A DNA stretch of 64,000 nucleotides from a virus. This document shows, piece after piece, positions 42,259 through 52,441 of the stretch. The number at the start of each line of letters is the position of its first letter. The stretch's first letter is position 1. Location of the stretch: positions 1 to 64,000 of the IMG/VR virus record IMGVR_UViG_3300025324_000011. One strand, 5' to 3'. Both the position numbers and the translations under genes were made by a program. The notes beneath the pieces were generated by a model, which was given only the letters and a program-made list of their open reading frames with translations, did not search any database and was not told the DNA's origin.

Positions 42259-43107
42259 CGCATGGTAATCTTACAATAATGAGGACAATAACGTCAACCC
42301 GAGAACTTGACAAGGTATACGGCAACGCGGTAAGATTCGAGACACGGGAGGAAACCAAATGAAGAGGCATATCGTAATCGTTCTTAGCGCCATCTTGGCA
42401 ATTGCCATCCTCATGATCTGCTATGGGACAGACAAGAGTCTACATCAACGAGCCCATGAAGCGAACGACGGAGAGGCGCTCTGCGGATTTTTCTGGCCGC
42501 AAGGCGGCACAGCGCCGCATCCTCATCCTGTCAAATTTAGCATTACCACTTCCTTGCGTGAGGTGTCGCTCCGGCTTCCGGATGACATCGTCACGCTCCG
42601 AAAGTGTCGAGCCGATACTTCGCTAAGAGAACTTCGAGAACGAGATTACGAGGATCTGCTACAGACAGCACGCGGCGGTGGCAAGGAGGAAAAATGAAGG
42701 GAATCTACAGATTTAATTTCGATTGTGGCCGAGACGGCAATCTGCTCGGCATCTTCGTCTCGACACCCGATGATTTAGAGAAGCGGTACGGCAGGGAATT
42801 AGACTTTGGCTACGCTCTCGGGAAGTATAGTGAGATATATGGAGAGCTAGAACCGCGCCATGTCACCCTCGTGACCGACGATCCGAAAGCTGTAGCCATC
42901 TTCGAGAAGTACAAACTGGAGACCGGGAGAACGCCGTTCAATGACTACTCCGTAGACGAAGACCAAGACATAGACGACGAAGATATTTCAGAGGAGTAAT
43001 CGCCTGCGCCTACTAATCGTTGACGGTATAGTAAGGGAAATGCGGGGATGGTTAACTGCCGGTCTCTTTGCATAGACAATGTTCCAGACCTGCCTAATGG
43101 AGGTTGC

Positions 43108-44019
43108 ATGAGTGATGGAGCGAGCTTCGGGGACAGACTGCGAGCTGCGTCTGATTTCGCTTTTCTGGATGGCGTTGCCATCGCTATTGACCATGACGCA
43201 GAGAAATTGCGTGCGGAACGTGATGCATGGAAAGAAGCGGCCAGAGCTTGCGCCGATAACAGGGAAGTCCACCTCAGGGACAATTGCCTGCTCATTCGGC
43301 GAAAGTTACTTGCGGATGTTTTGACAAGCGGGTGGTGTGATCGCTGCGAGGCAAGACTACGCAGGATGATCGATCGCATCCTGCCAGACGAGACATCCGA
43401 TCCAGGTATCCAGTACCCAGTAGAAGAGACTTCTGCTTGCGACACGCACCTAGCAATCGATACAGGGAGACCACCGAGTGCGCCAGTTATCGCATTTTTT
43501 ACTGGTCAGCACCGGTTTCTGTCAAACTTTTGGCCGTGCGAGGTCACCGGCCCTGGTGGCCTCATATATCCCAGCGTTGAGCATGCCTACCAAGCCTATA
43601 AGTCAACATCTCCAGACGACTGGGCAGCGATTCATATGGCAATCTCACCAGGATTTGCCAGAAGCATGGGACGCTCGATACCACGGGCTAGGTTTGATCC
43701 AGATTGGGATGACAAATGTCTGTCCATCATGGAGGAGCTACTACGACAGAAGTTCAGCCAGCCACCACTGAGAGATTATCTCTGTGCCACAGAGCCAGCG
43801 ACGCTTATCGAAGGCAACACCTGGCGAGACCGGTTCTGGGGAGTGTATAACGGGAAGGGTGAGAACCATTTAGGCAGACTGCTCATGCGCATCAGGGCCG
43901 ATGCATCACGCAGCATCAATCCAACGGACTGGCCTGGGGGCGTGCCGTCAGATCCGCGTCCCTACCTGGAAGGGCATCCGCTGTCAGAGGATGAGGTAGC
44001 GCGCGGCCAGGCGCTTTAA
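43108..44019 (+). CDS. NADAR (YbiA-like) domain protein with extra N-terminal region
   Basis: FLSNFW, SVEHAYQAYK, KF, LIEGNTWRDRFWG, GENHLGRLLMRIR. Confidence 0.9.
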   Translation: MSDGASFGDRLRAASDFAFLDGVAIAIDHDAEKLRAERDAWKEAARACADNREVHLRDNCLLIRRKLLADVLTSGWCDRCEARLRRMIDRILPDETSDPGIQYPVEETSACDTHLAIDTGRPPSAPVIAFFTGQHRFLSNFWPCEVTGPGGLIYPSVEHAYQAYKSTSPDDWAAIHMAISPGFARSMGRSIPRARFDPDWDDKCLSIMEELLRQKFSQPPLRDYLCATEPATLIEGNTWRDRFWGVYNGKGENHLGRLLMRIRADASRSINPTDWPGGVPSDPRPYLEGHPLSEDEVARGQAL

Positions 44020-44519
44020 GGGAGCATCCCGGACTCGGATGGCGGCCAGCCCAACTGCCCGCTAAGAACCGTCTTGCGTCCCTGTATGTGTGACCTGCCG
44101 CGGTGTCCAAGGTGCAACTACACGAAGCACGACGCGGCCTTCGAACTTGACCATGACATGTGCCCTGGAACAATTCCCCTAGACACGCTCGATGGCGCCG
44201 GGCGCGATGGCGCCGGGCCAAGGGACGGAACGGAGTGGGATGCATGAACGCTATTGAAGAATGGCTATCAGGCTGGGTGGCTGGAGAGGCTGCGGGATGC
44301 GCTGCATGCGCCAATCTTGTACGGTCGGCTGGATGCATTTGTAGATCGCTTCGGAAAGCCAACGACTTCCGCGGCACCATGAAGCCGATCGGCGCACGGG
44401 CCACCATGGGAAGGGATGGGGAGTGGACCATCGGTGAGCATGATCCTCGCTGCCCGGAGGCCCTTGCTGCGGATATAGAAGCACAATAGTGAATTGCTGA
44501 ATGGGTAGGGCTGAAGCCG

Positions 44520-45014
44520 ATGATGCAGTGGGTGATTAGCAACCGCGCCGACCAGAAAACAAGAGAGATAGCTGATCGTCATTATAACAGACAAAAAATC
44601 GGTTCGCCGCAGTTCGTTCCGCCTGGAAGGTGTGTCGTGCTAGTTACATTAGCGAAAGATGCGTTCTGGGTTACTTCGTGGCCGTTCGCACAATACGTGA
44701 AACATTCATGGGCTGGCGCTTGGGTGTGCTCGGCATTTAGGAACGAAAGCAAGACACTTTCAAGCCTATTGATTATTGAGGCGCTCGCGGCTACGCGGTT
44801 CATCTTTGGAGATCCGCCGACGAATGGCTGCGTCACGTTCGTTGATCCATCGAAAGTGCGGAAGAAGCGCGATCCCGGAAGGTGCTTCCTGCGCGCCGGA
44901 TTCGTGCATGCTATTCCGCCGCAGACCAAGGGCGGCCTACTGGCATTCCAAATGTTGCCAGAGAATATTCCGAATGCAGTGCCGCCAGTTGGCCTTCAAC
45001 TCTATTTATTCTGA
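44520..45014 (+). CDS. putative Mom-like/GNAT DNA-modification protein
   Basis: ADRHY, FRNE..SS.LI, TFVDP..GRCF..AGF resemble the Mom-family layout. Confidence 0.4.
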   Translation: MMQWVISNRADQKTREIADRHYNRQKIGSPQFVPPGRCVVLVTLAKDAFWVTSWPFAQYVKHSWAGAWVCSAFRNESKTLSSLLIIEALAATRFIFGDPPTNGCVTFVDPSKVRKKRDPGRCFLRAGFVHAIPPQTKGGLLAFQMLPENIPNAVPPVGLQLYLF

Positions 45015-45025
45015 AAGATCAAATC

Positions 45026-45790
45026 ATGCGCCTGCTGCTCGTTGATGGCACCAACGCCGTTCTCCGTTACGCCGCCGCTATGATCGGAGATCTTCGCGCC
45101 GAGTCAGTGCCAGACGCTGATTCCCTACGCGTCCTATCAGCGGTAGAGCGCGCGATCCGTCAATGCGCCGCGATTGCTCATTGCGACCATGCGATCATCG
45201 CCTTCGACGCCGCGGAGGGGACATGGCGCCGCGAGCTATTCTCTGAATACAAGAAGGGGCGGAAAAAGATCCCCTTCCCATGGTCTGCTGGTCTTTCTCG
45301 ATTTCTCGCGGACGGTGGATGGTTTTGCTCGGTCGCCCCGGGATTCGAGGCAGACGATATTATTGCGACTATGGCGCGACGAAGCATCGACGCAGGCCAT
45401 AGAGTTGCCGTGCTTTCCTCGGATTCAGACCTTCTCCAGTTGGCCTCCGAGTGGTGTTCGATTTACCAATACAGCAGCGGAGAGGTGCGCTTCGTTCTGC
45501 GAAATCCGCAATGGATCGCGGAGCACTACGGTATCCGCGACGTTTGGCAACTCGCCTATTACAAGGCGCTGGTAGGCGAGCTAGGAGATGGCCTTCCAGG
45601 AGTCCCCGGGATCGGTCCGAAGCGAGCGCTGCATCTCATGGCGCAATATCCCTCGGCCAAGGACCTATCGTCCTCCAGGGCGCTTCCTGCGAAGGATTTG
45701 GCCCGCTTTAGACGGATGCTTGAGCTTGTGACGCTGCGAGAGGATGTTCCGCTGGCGCCGCTGATTCCGATGGTCTGCAGGGTACCCTGA
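45026..45790 (+). CDS. 5'-3' exonuclease/flap endonuclease (PolI N-terminal-like)
   Basis: LLLVDG, FD..WRRELFSEYK, EADDIIA, SSDSDLLQL, GVPGIGPK. Confidence 0.9.
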   Translation: MRLLLVDGTNAVLRYAAAMIGDLRAESVPDADSLRVLSAVERAIRQCAAIAHCDHAIIAFDAAEGTWRRELFSEYKKGRKKIPFPWSAGLSRFLADGGWFCSVAPGFEADDIIATMARRSIDAGHRVAVLSSDSDLLQLASEWCSIYQYSSGEVRFVLRNPQWIAEHYGIRDVWQLAYYKALVGELGDGLPGVPGIGPKRALHLMAQYPSAKDLSSSRALPAKDLARFRRMLELVTLREDVPLAPLIPMVCRVP

Positions 45791-45806
45791 TCCGGAGGAG
45801 AAGCGC

Positions 45807-45837
45807 TGCGGGAAGGTGGCCCCACCTCCCCGCAAAA
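45807..45837. terminator. hairpin between convergent genes
   Basis: TGCGGGAAGGTGG-CC-CCACCTCCCCGCAAAA. Confidence 0.55.
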
Positions 45838-45858
45838 TACAGAGGCGCGGCTGGACCT

Positions 45859-46167
45859 CTACGTAAGATCGAGATTGAGAACGGACATCAGCTCGTTCAC
45901 GATCTCGACGAGGGCATCCTCATTCGCCGTATACGGTCGCGCCTGAGCATCCCGCCGCGTCGTCACCAGCCCGCCGGCCTTGAGCTTCGCTAGGTGTTGT
46001 GAGACCGCCGAGAGCGAGATCTTGGCATGCTCCGCCAGATTCCCGACCCCGGTCTCTCCATCCGCGCGCAGCTTGGCGAGCATGCTGAGGCGGCTGGAAT
46101 TCCCGAGCAGATTCACCGCCTCTGCCAGTTCATAGATGTCCATCGTTTCCTTGGTCTTCTTTGCCAT
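45859..46167 (-). CDS. ArsR/SmtB family regulator
   Basis: LGNSSRL..VGNLAE..SAVSQHLAKLKAGGLV..RR...Y. Confidence 0.9.
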   Translation of the reverse strand: MAKKTKETMDIYELAEAVNLLGNSSRLSMLAKLRADGETGVGNLAEHAKISLSAVSQHLAKLKAGGLVTTRRDAQARPYTANEDALVEIVNELMSVLNLDLT

Positions 46168-46290
46168 TTCGTTGTTTCCTCCTTTGGAACAACCTTATCA
46201 AAATGCGCTCAGCATGTCAAGGGGAACGCGATTAGCAAAACATCGGTGGGGGGCTTGACAAGCTCCGCCGCTATGTGCAAGACTAGGTCC

Positions 46291-46479
46291 ATGAGCGAGT
46301 CTGGCACACTCCAATTGCCCCCGCCGCGGACGATCCGCACGCGCCGCGTGCTGGTTGCTCTCACGATTGAGGAGCATGCGGCGCTGTCGGACTTGGCGGC
46401 ACAACGAAGCGAGCCCCCTGCGACCGTCGCGCGGGCATTGATCGTGGCCGCCCTGCATGCGCTAAGGACAGAACGATGA
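46291..46479 (+). CDS. small RHH-like regulator (probably leaderless)
   Basis: RTRRVLVALTIEEHAAL..PATVARALI; TTGACA upstream. Confidence 0.55.
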   Translation: MSESGTLQLPPPRTIRTRRVLVALTIEEHAALSDLAAQRSEPPATVARALIVAALHALRTER

Positions 46480-46509
46480 TCCTGGACGTGGCGAAGGTGT
46501 CGGTTACTT

Positions 46510-46797
46510 CTCGGGGAAGCGGAAGCGGGTCGGCTTCGTCCGTCACCACAATGACCCGGTGCGCGGCCGGCGCCGCAGCGCGACGCGGCCGGCTGCCTTG
46601 CGGTAATCCTTCGAGCCGCTCCCAGGTTTCCTTCTTGTCGGCTCCGCCCGATAGGGCAACCTCCCATGTATCCGGCGTTTCCAGCTCGCCGGCGACGAGC
46701 CGCTTCCAGGCGCTGCTTGAAGGGCGCGGGCGGGAGCGAATGTTCCCGTATCGATTCCTCGCCGAGCTCTGCCTGCTCTTCATTCTTCGGCTTCGCT
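46510..46797 (-). pseudogene. scrambled TROVE/Ro60 gene remnant
   Basis: AKPKNEEQAEL, WKRLVAGELETPDTWEVALSGGADKKETWERL and HRVIVVTDE on the minus strand; ALLEGRGRERMFPYRFLA inserted inverted. Confidence 0.7.
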
Positions 46798-47359
46798 CCT
46801 ATCATGGCCTGCCACTTGTGACGCACCGCAATGAATCTGAGATCGCACCGCAGAACAGCGTTTGCGCTGGATACGCGCTTATCCGAGGAAGGAAGAGGAA
46901 ATCTAAATCTGCGCATGCTGGCGATTCGCGGCGAGGTTGATCTGCGATCTATTCAATGCGACGAACCGCTGCATCCAAGCTTCGAGGCGATGATTGCGGC
47001 CAATCCGCCGCATCGAAAGGGGAGGCGCAGAAACGCCTCGTGTCCTGTAAATCAGCCTATCGATGTTCCACGCTAAACTTACTCCGCTTGCTTTCTCTTG
47101 TGCTTTCTGCTAGGATGTGCAGCATGAACAACGGATGCCCGCATTGTAAGTATAGAGGGATTCGCTTTTTCCTGAATTCCGGGATGTGGAGAGACATTCT
47201 TCAGGAAAGGGGGCGAGCTGTTTTTTATTGCCCGAACTGCAAGGAATTGCTGCCGAAGGACGGAGGCGTCGCTAGCACGGAGCATATCGGAGTAGTTCTC
47301 ACGATCATTGCCGCCCTTGCCATTTTCCTTGTCATCGCTTTCATCATAGCGAGTCTCTA

Positions 47360-47698
47360 ATGGCGCATCCACACCCAAAATCACGCAGGGTAGAGCTTCC
47401 CGGCGAATGGCCCGGGACAATCACCATGACCCCGGATGGACGGCTGCGGATCTACCTTGGTCGTGGTCATGGAGCGGCAAATAGCGCTGGCTGGACATGG
47501 CTCGGTAGATTTCTCGCCTGGGCTTCGACGGGCGTAAGGTTGCCGACCGAGATCCATGTCCATCACATGGACAATGATCACTTGAATATCCGAGAAGAAA
47601 ACAGGATGCACCTCCATCGTTCCGAGCATTCGCGGCTGCATGCGGCAACTAGGACTCGCAACGAGAAAGGGCAATTCGCCGTCGAGGAGGCAGAATGA
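47360..47698 (+). CDS. HNH endonuclease-like protein
   Basis: HVHHMDNDHLNIREEN...EHSRLH; RNEKGQF tail. Confidence 0.7.
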   Translation: MAHPHPKSRRVELPGEWPGTITMTPDGRLRIYLGRGHGAANSAGWTWLGRFLAWASTGVRLPTEIHVHHMDNDHLNIREENRMHLHRSEHSRLHAATRTRNEKGQFAVEEAE

Positions 47699-48918
47699 AA
47701 CTCCTTTTCGTAATCGTATACATACTATGGATAGTATGCGGTGCGGTTGCGACTATCTCCGGGTTTCTCGGCATCGCTCTCATGATCGGCGCCAACGATC
47801 AACCGTTGACAATGGGAAGCGATTCATTCGTTATTCTGATCTTTCTCGGATTGGTCTTCGGCGTTGCATTTATCGTCCTTGCGTCAGGCATCGAGCGGCT
47901 CGGAAGGGAGATCAGTTCAGGCTATAGAAATGTCGGTCGCCTGCTGGCGATCATGGTCCTATCTCTTGTCTTCGCCGCAGCAACCGGCTCAAGACGAGAA
48001 GAGAAGAAATGCTATTTCAGCGTTGTCGCCAAGATATGCTACAAGCTTGGGCAACTGCGTAGATTCGGCGACACCATCGGCTGTTGCGTTTACAGTGCAT
48101 GGGCAAGCCGCCCCATCTATTATGAATTTTGTCATTTTGATACGAAGACTAGGCGATGGATCTATACTCGCTGATCAGCGCACCACCAAGTAAGCGCGTC
48201 GGCCGCGGCAAGCGCATGATGCTCACGGTACCGCAAGATGTCATTCCGCGCTTTGTGGCGCAGGCAGCCAAGTGGGGATGCAGGCCGGCAACGGCCGTTC
48301 TAAACCTCGCGCTCGGAGCATTGCGAGCGATCGAAGATCAAGAGATGCGCTTGTCACACAATCACCCGCTCAGGGCGGATGGTTATGACCTCGGTTCGAA
48401 TGTGCCGTTTGAAGTGGCCTTGGCGGCGTCCTACAATCCTCGTTGTGAGGCGTTCTGCGGTTGGGAGATAGGACCGTACCCCTGCACCAGGGAGCGTGGC
48501 CACGGTGGCGCTCACGTGGCGCGTGCGGCTGGCGGTGTTATCGTGGCAGCATGGGATGAAGAAGGAGGGCAGGGAGCATGAAGGCGCTCAGGCGTTGTTT
48601 TCTGTTTTTTGGCTTAACTGTTGCGATAATCTCTCCACCGAAAGATCCGTGGCGAAACCTAGCAGTGGCCGCCATTTTTGTGTACGCTGCTTGTCACTGG
48701 CGCGAGGAGTAACGGTCATGGGCGGAACTGCGCTAGATCCACGGAAAGAGGAAGCATCGCAGGGCAGCAAATCCGCCAGCAATATCGGATGCGCGGCGAA
48801 AATCGCAATCTTCCTAATCTTGCTTTCCATGGCTCGCATGAATTGCTATGACCATTTGTCGATCTATCCAGCTTGGATGCGAGCGGTCTGTAGTTGCCTA
48901 TTTGCGGGCTAGGATGAG

Positions 48919-50041
48919 ATGAGGTTCGCATCGGTTTGCTCGGGGTGCGGAGGGTTTGACCTTGGCCTTGAGCAAGCGGGCCTGCGATGCGTCGTACAAA
49001 TCGAGATCAATAAGCAATGTTTCTCAGTTCTGGAAAAGCATTGGCCTTATGTTAAGCGGTTGAAAGATCTCTATGAGACGAAAGCGGAAGATCTTCCAGC
49101 CGTTGATGTTTTCGCAGGAGGAACACCCTGCCAGGATCTCTCGATTTCTGGACGCCGTGCGGGATTGGATGGAAGCGAATCCAGACTCTTCTACGAATTC
49201 GTTCGCCTCGCTGATTCGCAGCCTGCCGCTGCGGTTCTCTGGGAAAACGTCCCTGGCGCTTTCACCTCCTCGGAGGGAGAGGATTTTGCGATCATCCTCC
49301 GAGAACTCAGCGGATACTATCCTTCCGTCCCGATCGGAGGATGGAGAAATTCAGGCTTCTGCGTTGGACATTAAACGATACGTGCTCTGGCGCGTGCTGG
49401 ACGCTCAATACTTCGGAATTCCACAGCGACGCCGTCGCGTCTTCGTTGTTGGATTGCCTCGAAACGGGGAGCGGGGAAGAATTCGAGGCGTACATCCAGA
49501 GATACTTTTTGACGAAACGAGCCTGCGCAGGCATCCTCCGTCGAGCCTTGAAAAGGAACAGACCGTTGCCCCATTACTTGGAGGAAGCCTTGGCGGCCAC
49601 AGAATAGGAGCAGAAGAGGCGGCAGGCGGGCATCTAATTAGTCACACCGTCACCACCCGCAGCGGTATGCATCATGATCCAACAAGCGACACATTCATTG
49701 TCCATACCCTGACAAGTGAGGGGGCGGACGCGAGCGAAGACGGCACAGGACGCGGCCTTCCGCTTGTTCTCGGAACTCTCGCTGCCTCATACGGAAAACA
49801 AGCAGGGAGGGACTTCGAGGTGTCGGATAATTTGATCGTTGCTCGCCGTCGCGTCCGGAGGATAACACCGATTGAGGCTGAGCGCTTGCAGGGCTTCCCA
49901 GATCATTGGACTAAGCATGACTCGAACGGTCGGAAGTTATCGGATGCGTCACGCTATCGAATGATAGGTAACGCGGTAGCCGTGCCAGTCGCAAAATGGA
50001 TAGGATCTCGTTTAATTCAAGCAGTGGAGGATTCGCAATGA
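48919..50041 (+). CDS. dcm: C5 cytosine DNA methyltransferase split by a +1 frameshift near 49369
   Basis: Motifs I (SGCGG), IV (GTPCQ) and VI (ENV) in one frame; VIII (QRRRRVF), ITPIEAERLQGFP and X (IGNAV) in the next. Confidence 0.85.
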
Positions 50042-50359
50042 GACACGCTAGGCCAGTAGATCAAGAGCGATGGAATAGCCGCCTCGCGCGCCTACGCAAG
50101 ATCCTAGAGATCAACGTCCCCGATGTTGTGATTGCGACCGAGGCTGGCCTAATCTTGGAGGCGTGGCACGGCAACAAATGGCGCCGAGCTTTCTGGTGCC
50201 TGCGCGATGCTACGCGGTGGGCTTTGTTGTGGCGGGTTATACTGCCGCTCGAAATCGGATCTTGCCGATTTTTCGGAATCCACAGTTGGGATACGATCGA
50301 AGAGGAACAATGTGACGGGAGTTTCGCCGCGATAGAGCGATGCTGTTTCTGCATGAAGG

Positions 50360-50812
50360 CTAGGTAGATTTCTTCCTCATCGATTCAATCCTTTCCCGTA
50401 GCTCTTCGATCGTCGTTGCGCTATCCTCAAGGGATGCCTCAGCGAGATCAGCCCTAGTCCTAAGTTCCTTGACCTCTTCCTCGAGCAGAACGGCGTATTT
50501 GGCGCGCGGGCGAAGCTCTGCGACCTCTTCTCGCAGCGCCGCTAGTTGCGTTTCCGCCGCATCGAGTCTCGCCTCTAAGGTGGCTTGTCTCTTTTCGTAC
50601 CTATCAAGTAATTGGCTGACTCGACCGAATTCCGATGTATCTTTAGCCGTAAGAACCTGCGTTTCCAACACAGCAGCATCTGCAATCATCTTGCGAGCTT
50701 CTGGGCGACGAAACATAAAGGTACGAAGCAGGGCTAGCAGCGTGGCTAATCCACCTCCAGCGACTACGGACACGAGGACTGTAACCCAGCCCGGGGTTGA
50801 CGGTTCCGCCAC
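50360..50812 (-). CDS. TM + coiled-coil protein (lysis-region-like)
   Basis: N-terminal TM and a long heptad region. Confidence 0.6.
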   Translation of the reverse strand: MAEPSTPGWVTVLVSVVAGGGLATLLALLRTFMFRRPEARKMIADAAVLETQVLTAKDTSEFGRVSQLLDRYEKRQATLEARLDAAETQLAALREEVAELRPRAKYAVLLEEEVKELRTRADLAEASLEDSATTIEELRERIESMRKKST

Positions 50813-51229
50813 TCAGGAATGCCTTGCTTTCTCGCGGTCTAGATCGATCATTAGGGTGCGGACTTTTTCAACCATCTCATCATAATCACTCATCGCTTGG
50901 CGGATTGGCCGCACTGCGCGATGAAGCACAATGCCAGCAATAAGCGAGACAACCGCAGTCAAGATTAGCATTCCCGATTCGAGTCCGTAGTAGGGCTGGA
51001 AGATGACAACGACGCCAATCAAATGGGAGATCCCGCAGAAGGCGATGAATACCGATGCTAGCATCCATAGCGCAGGCTGCGGTATTTTTGACTGCGATGA
51101 AAGAACTCTTACAATCGAAACGGGGATCCAGGTATAGGCAATAAAAATCAGGACGTTGCCTATGATGATAGCCCACAGAAGAACTGGATCAGAAATACAA
51201 GATTCCCGAGCGATCGATAAAACTTCCAT
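50813..51229 (-). CDS. stand-alone ethylene-receptor-like 3-TM sensor domain
   Basis: LIFIAYTWIP, VFIAFCGISHL and LTAVVSL match the ETR1 FIAIAYFSIP / AFIVLCGATHL / LTAVVSC pattern. Confidence 0.7.
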   Translation of the reverse strand: MEVLSIARESCISDPVLLWAIIIGNVLIFIAYTWIPVSIVRVLSSQSKIPQPALWMLASVFIAFCGISHLIGVVVIFQPYYGLESGMLILTAVVSLIAGIVLHRAVRPIRQAMSDYDEMVEKVRTLMIDLDREKARHS

Positions 51230-51247
51230 CTCCTTCCCTTTCCACTC

Positions 51248-51514
51248 TTACGCTGGAGATCGGGGACGATTTCGCGTTACTGCGGCGCGGATGCCCCAGA
51301 GGCCCAGGGCAGTCGCTACCGCCTCACCGACCTTGTAAAGATCGAGGTCGCCTCGGAAGTAGCCGGCGAAGGCCAACGCCACCAGCGTGGCGACGGCGAG
51401 CAGGGTTTTCAAGCCCGGCAACGGATCGCTTGGAGTACCGAGCTTGATCCTGCGGCCTCGGCGAGGCTTGCCGAGGCCCTTGGGGAGATATGGCGCTGTT
51501 GGGTGGTGTGGCAT
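51248..51514 (-). CDS. holin-like 2-TM protein
   Basis: GLKT + TM + LGLWGIR. Confidence 0.55.
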   Translation of the reverse strand: MPHHPTAPYLPKGLGKPRRGRRIKLGTPSDPLPGLKTLLAVATLVALAFAGYFRGDLDLYKVGEAVATALGLWGIRAAVTRNRPRSPA

Positions 51515-51816
51515 GGCTTAGAGCTCCTCGGGCGGCTCAAGATAGCCAAGATCGAAGATGATCTGCCGCAGCTCGCGTCGCACGGTGCGGTTCAACTCTA
51601 CCAGGCGTTCCGAGGCAGCCTGAGCCTGCGCGGTGCCCTTTCGCGCTGCGGTCGGTTCGAGATCGAGCGGCAGGGGGCGGAGGCGGTCTAGCACCTTGGT
51701 GGCGGCCTCGAAGGAGATGCCGATTTCTGAGGCGAGGGCTCTTGCCGCTGCCGGCGGGGGGCAGCAGAGATACAGCCAGCAGCACGGACTACCGAGCGAC
51801 GATTGAGGCACCCTTT

Positions 51817-52164
51817 CTATCCTCCCAGCTTCGCAAGTCCAGAGAAGACTCGGACATTGATCTGCTCTTGATTGGCCATCTTTTCCTCCATAACGGAGAT
51901 GCGCCCACCGAGAGAGGAGACGCGCTCTTGGTATCGCACCAACTCCACGGTCGCCGTCTGATTGGCCGTTGTGGACTTCTCGATCGCGGCCTGAAGCTCG
52001 CCAACCTTTGTCTCGAGACCGTTGAGCCGCATCGAGGCGACGCCGAGCAAAAAGATCCAGCCGACGACGCCCAAGATGACCCCCGGGCTGATCCACTGTT
52101 TGAGATATTCCATCGCTCGATCACCCATGGCGGTAGCCTCCTGCATGGACGGAGTGTCGCTCAC
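51817..52164 (-). CDS. TM + coiled-coil protein
   Basis: VILGVVGWIFLLGV followed by heptads. Confidence 0.55.
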   Translation of the reverse strand: MSDTPSMQEATAMGDRAMEYLKQWISPGVILGVVGWIFLLGVASMRLNGLETKVGELQAAIEKSTTANQTATVELVRYQERVSSLGGRISVMEEKMANQEQINVRVFSGLAKLGG

Positions 52165-52441
52165 GGCCCTGCTGCCGCCCTGCGGCTACCCCTGGCCTGA
52201 TAGAGGTGAACCGAGAAGGCCAAACCGAGGGCCAAGATCTCGGCGCCCCAAACGGTTGCCAGGAGAATGAGAAGATTTGCGGTCACGTGGCGATGGCCCT
52301 CCGCAGCTTCAGGCCCTTCTCTTTGTCTCTAGTGAATCGAAAATACAGAAACACAGAGACGCAGAGCGCCACGGCAAGGGGTGCAACCACCCTGAGCATG
52401 GCGAAGTAGTGCACTGCCTCAGTAACATTCGGATGGATCAT
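52161..52441 (-). CDS. two tiny single-TM ORFs (52283-52441, 52161-52286)
   Basis: MIHPNV..VAPLAVALCVSVFLYF and VTANLLILLATVWG..; GTGA overlaps. Confidence 0.45.

Noticed and set aside
44190-44218. 15-bp tandem duplication
   Set aside because: An in-frame DGAG duplication in a small ORF; unremarkable.
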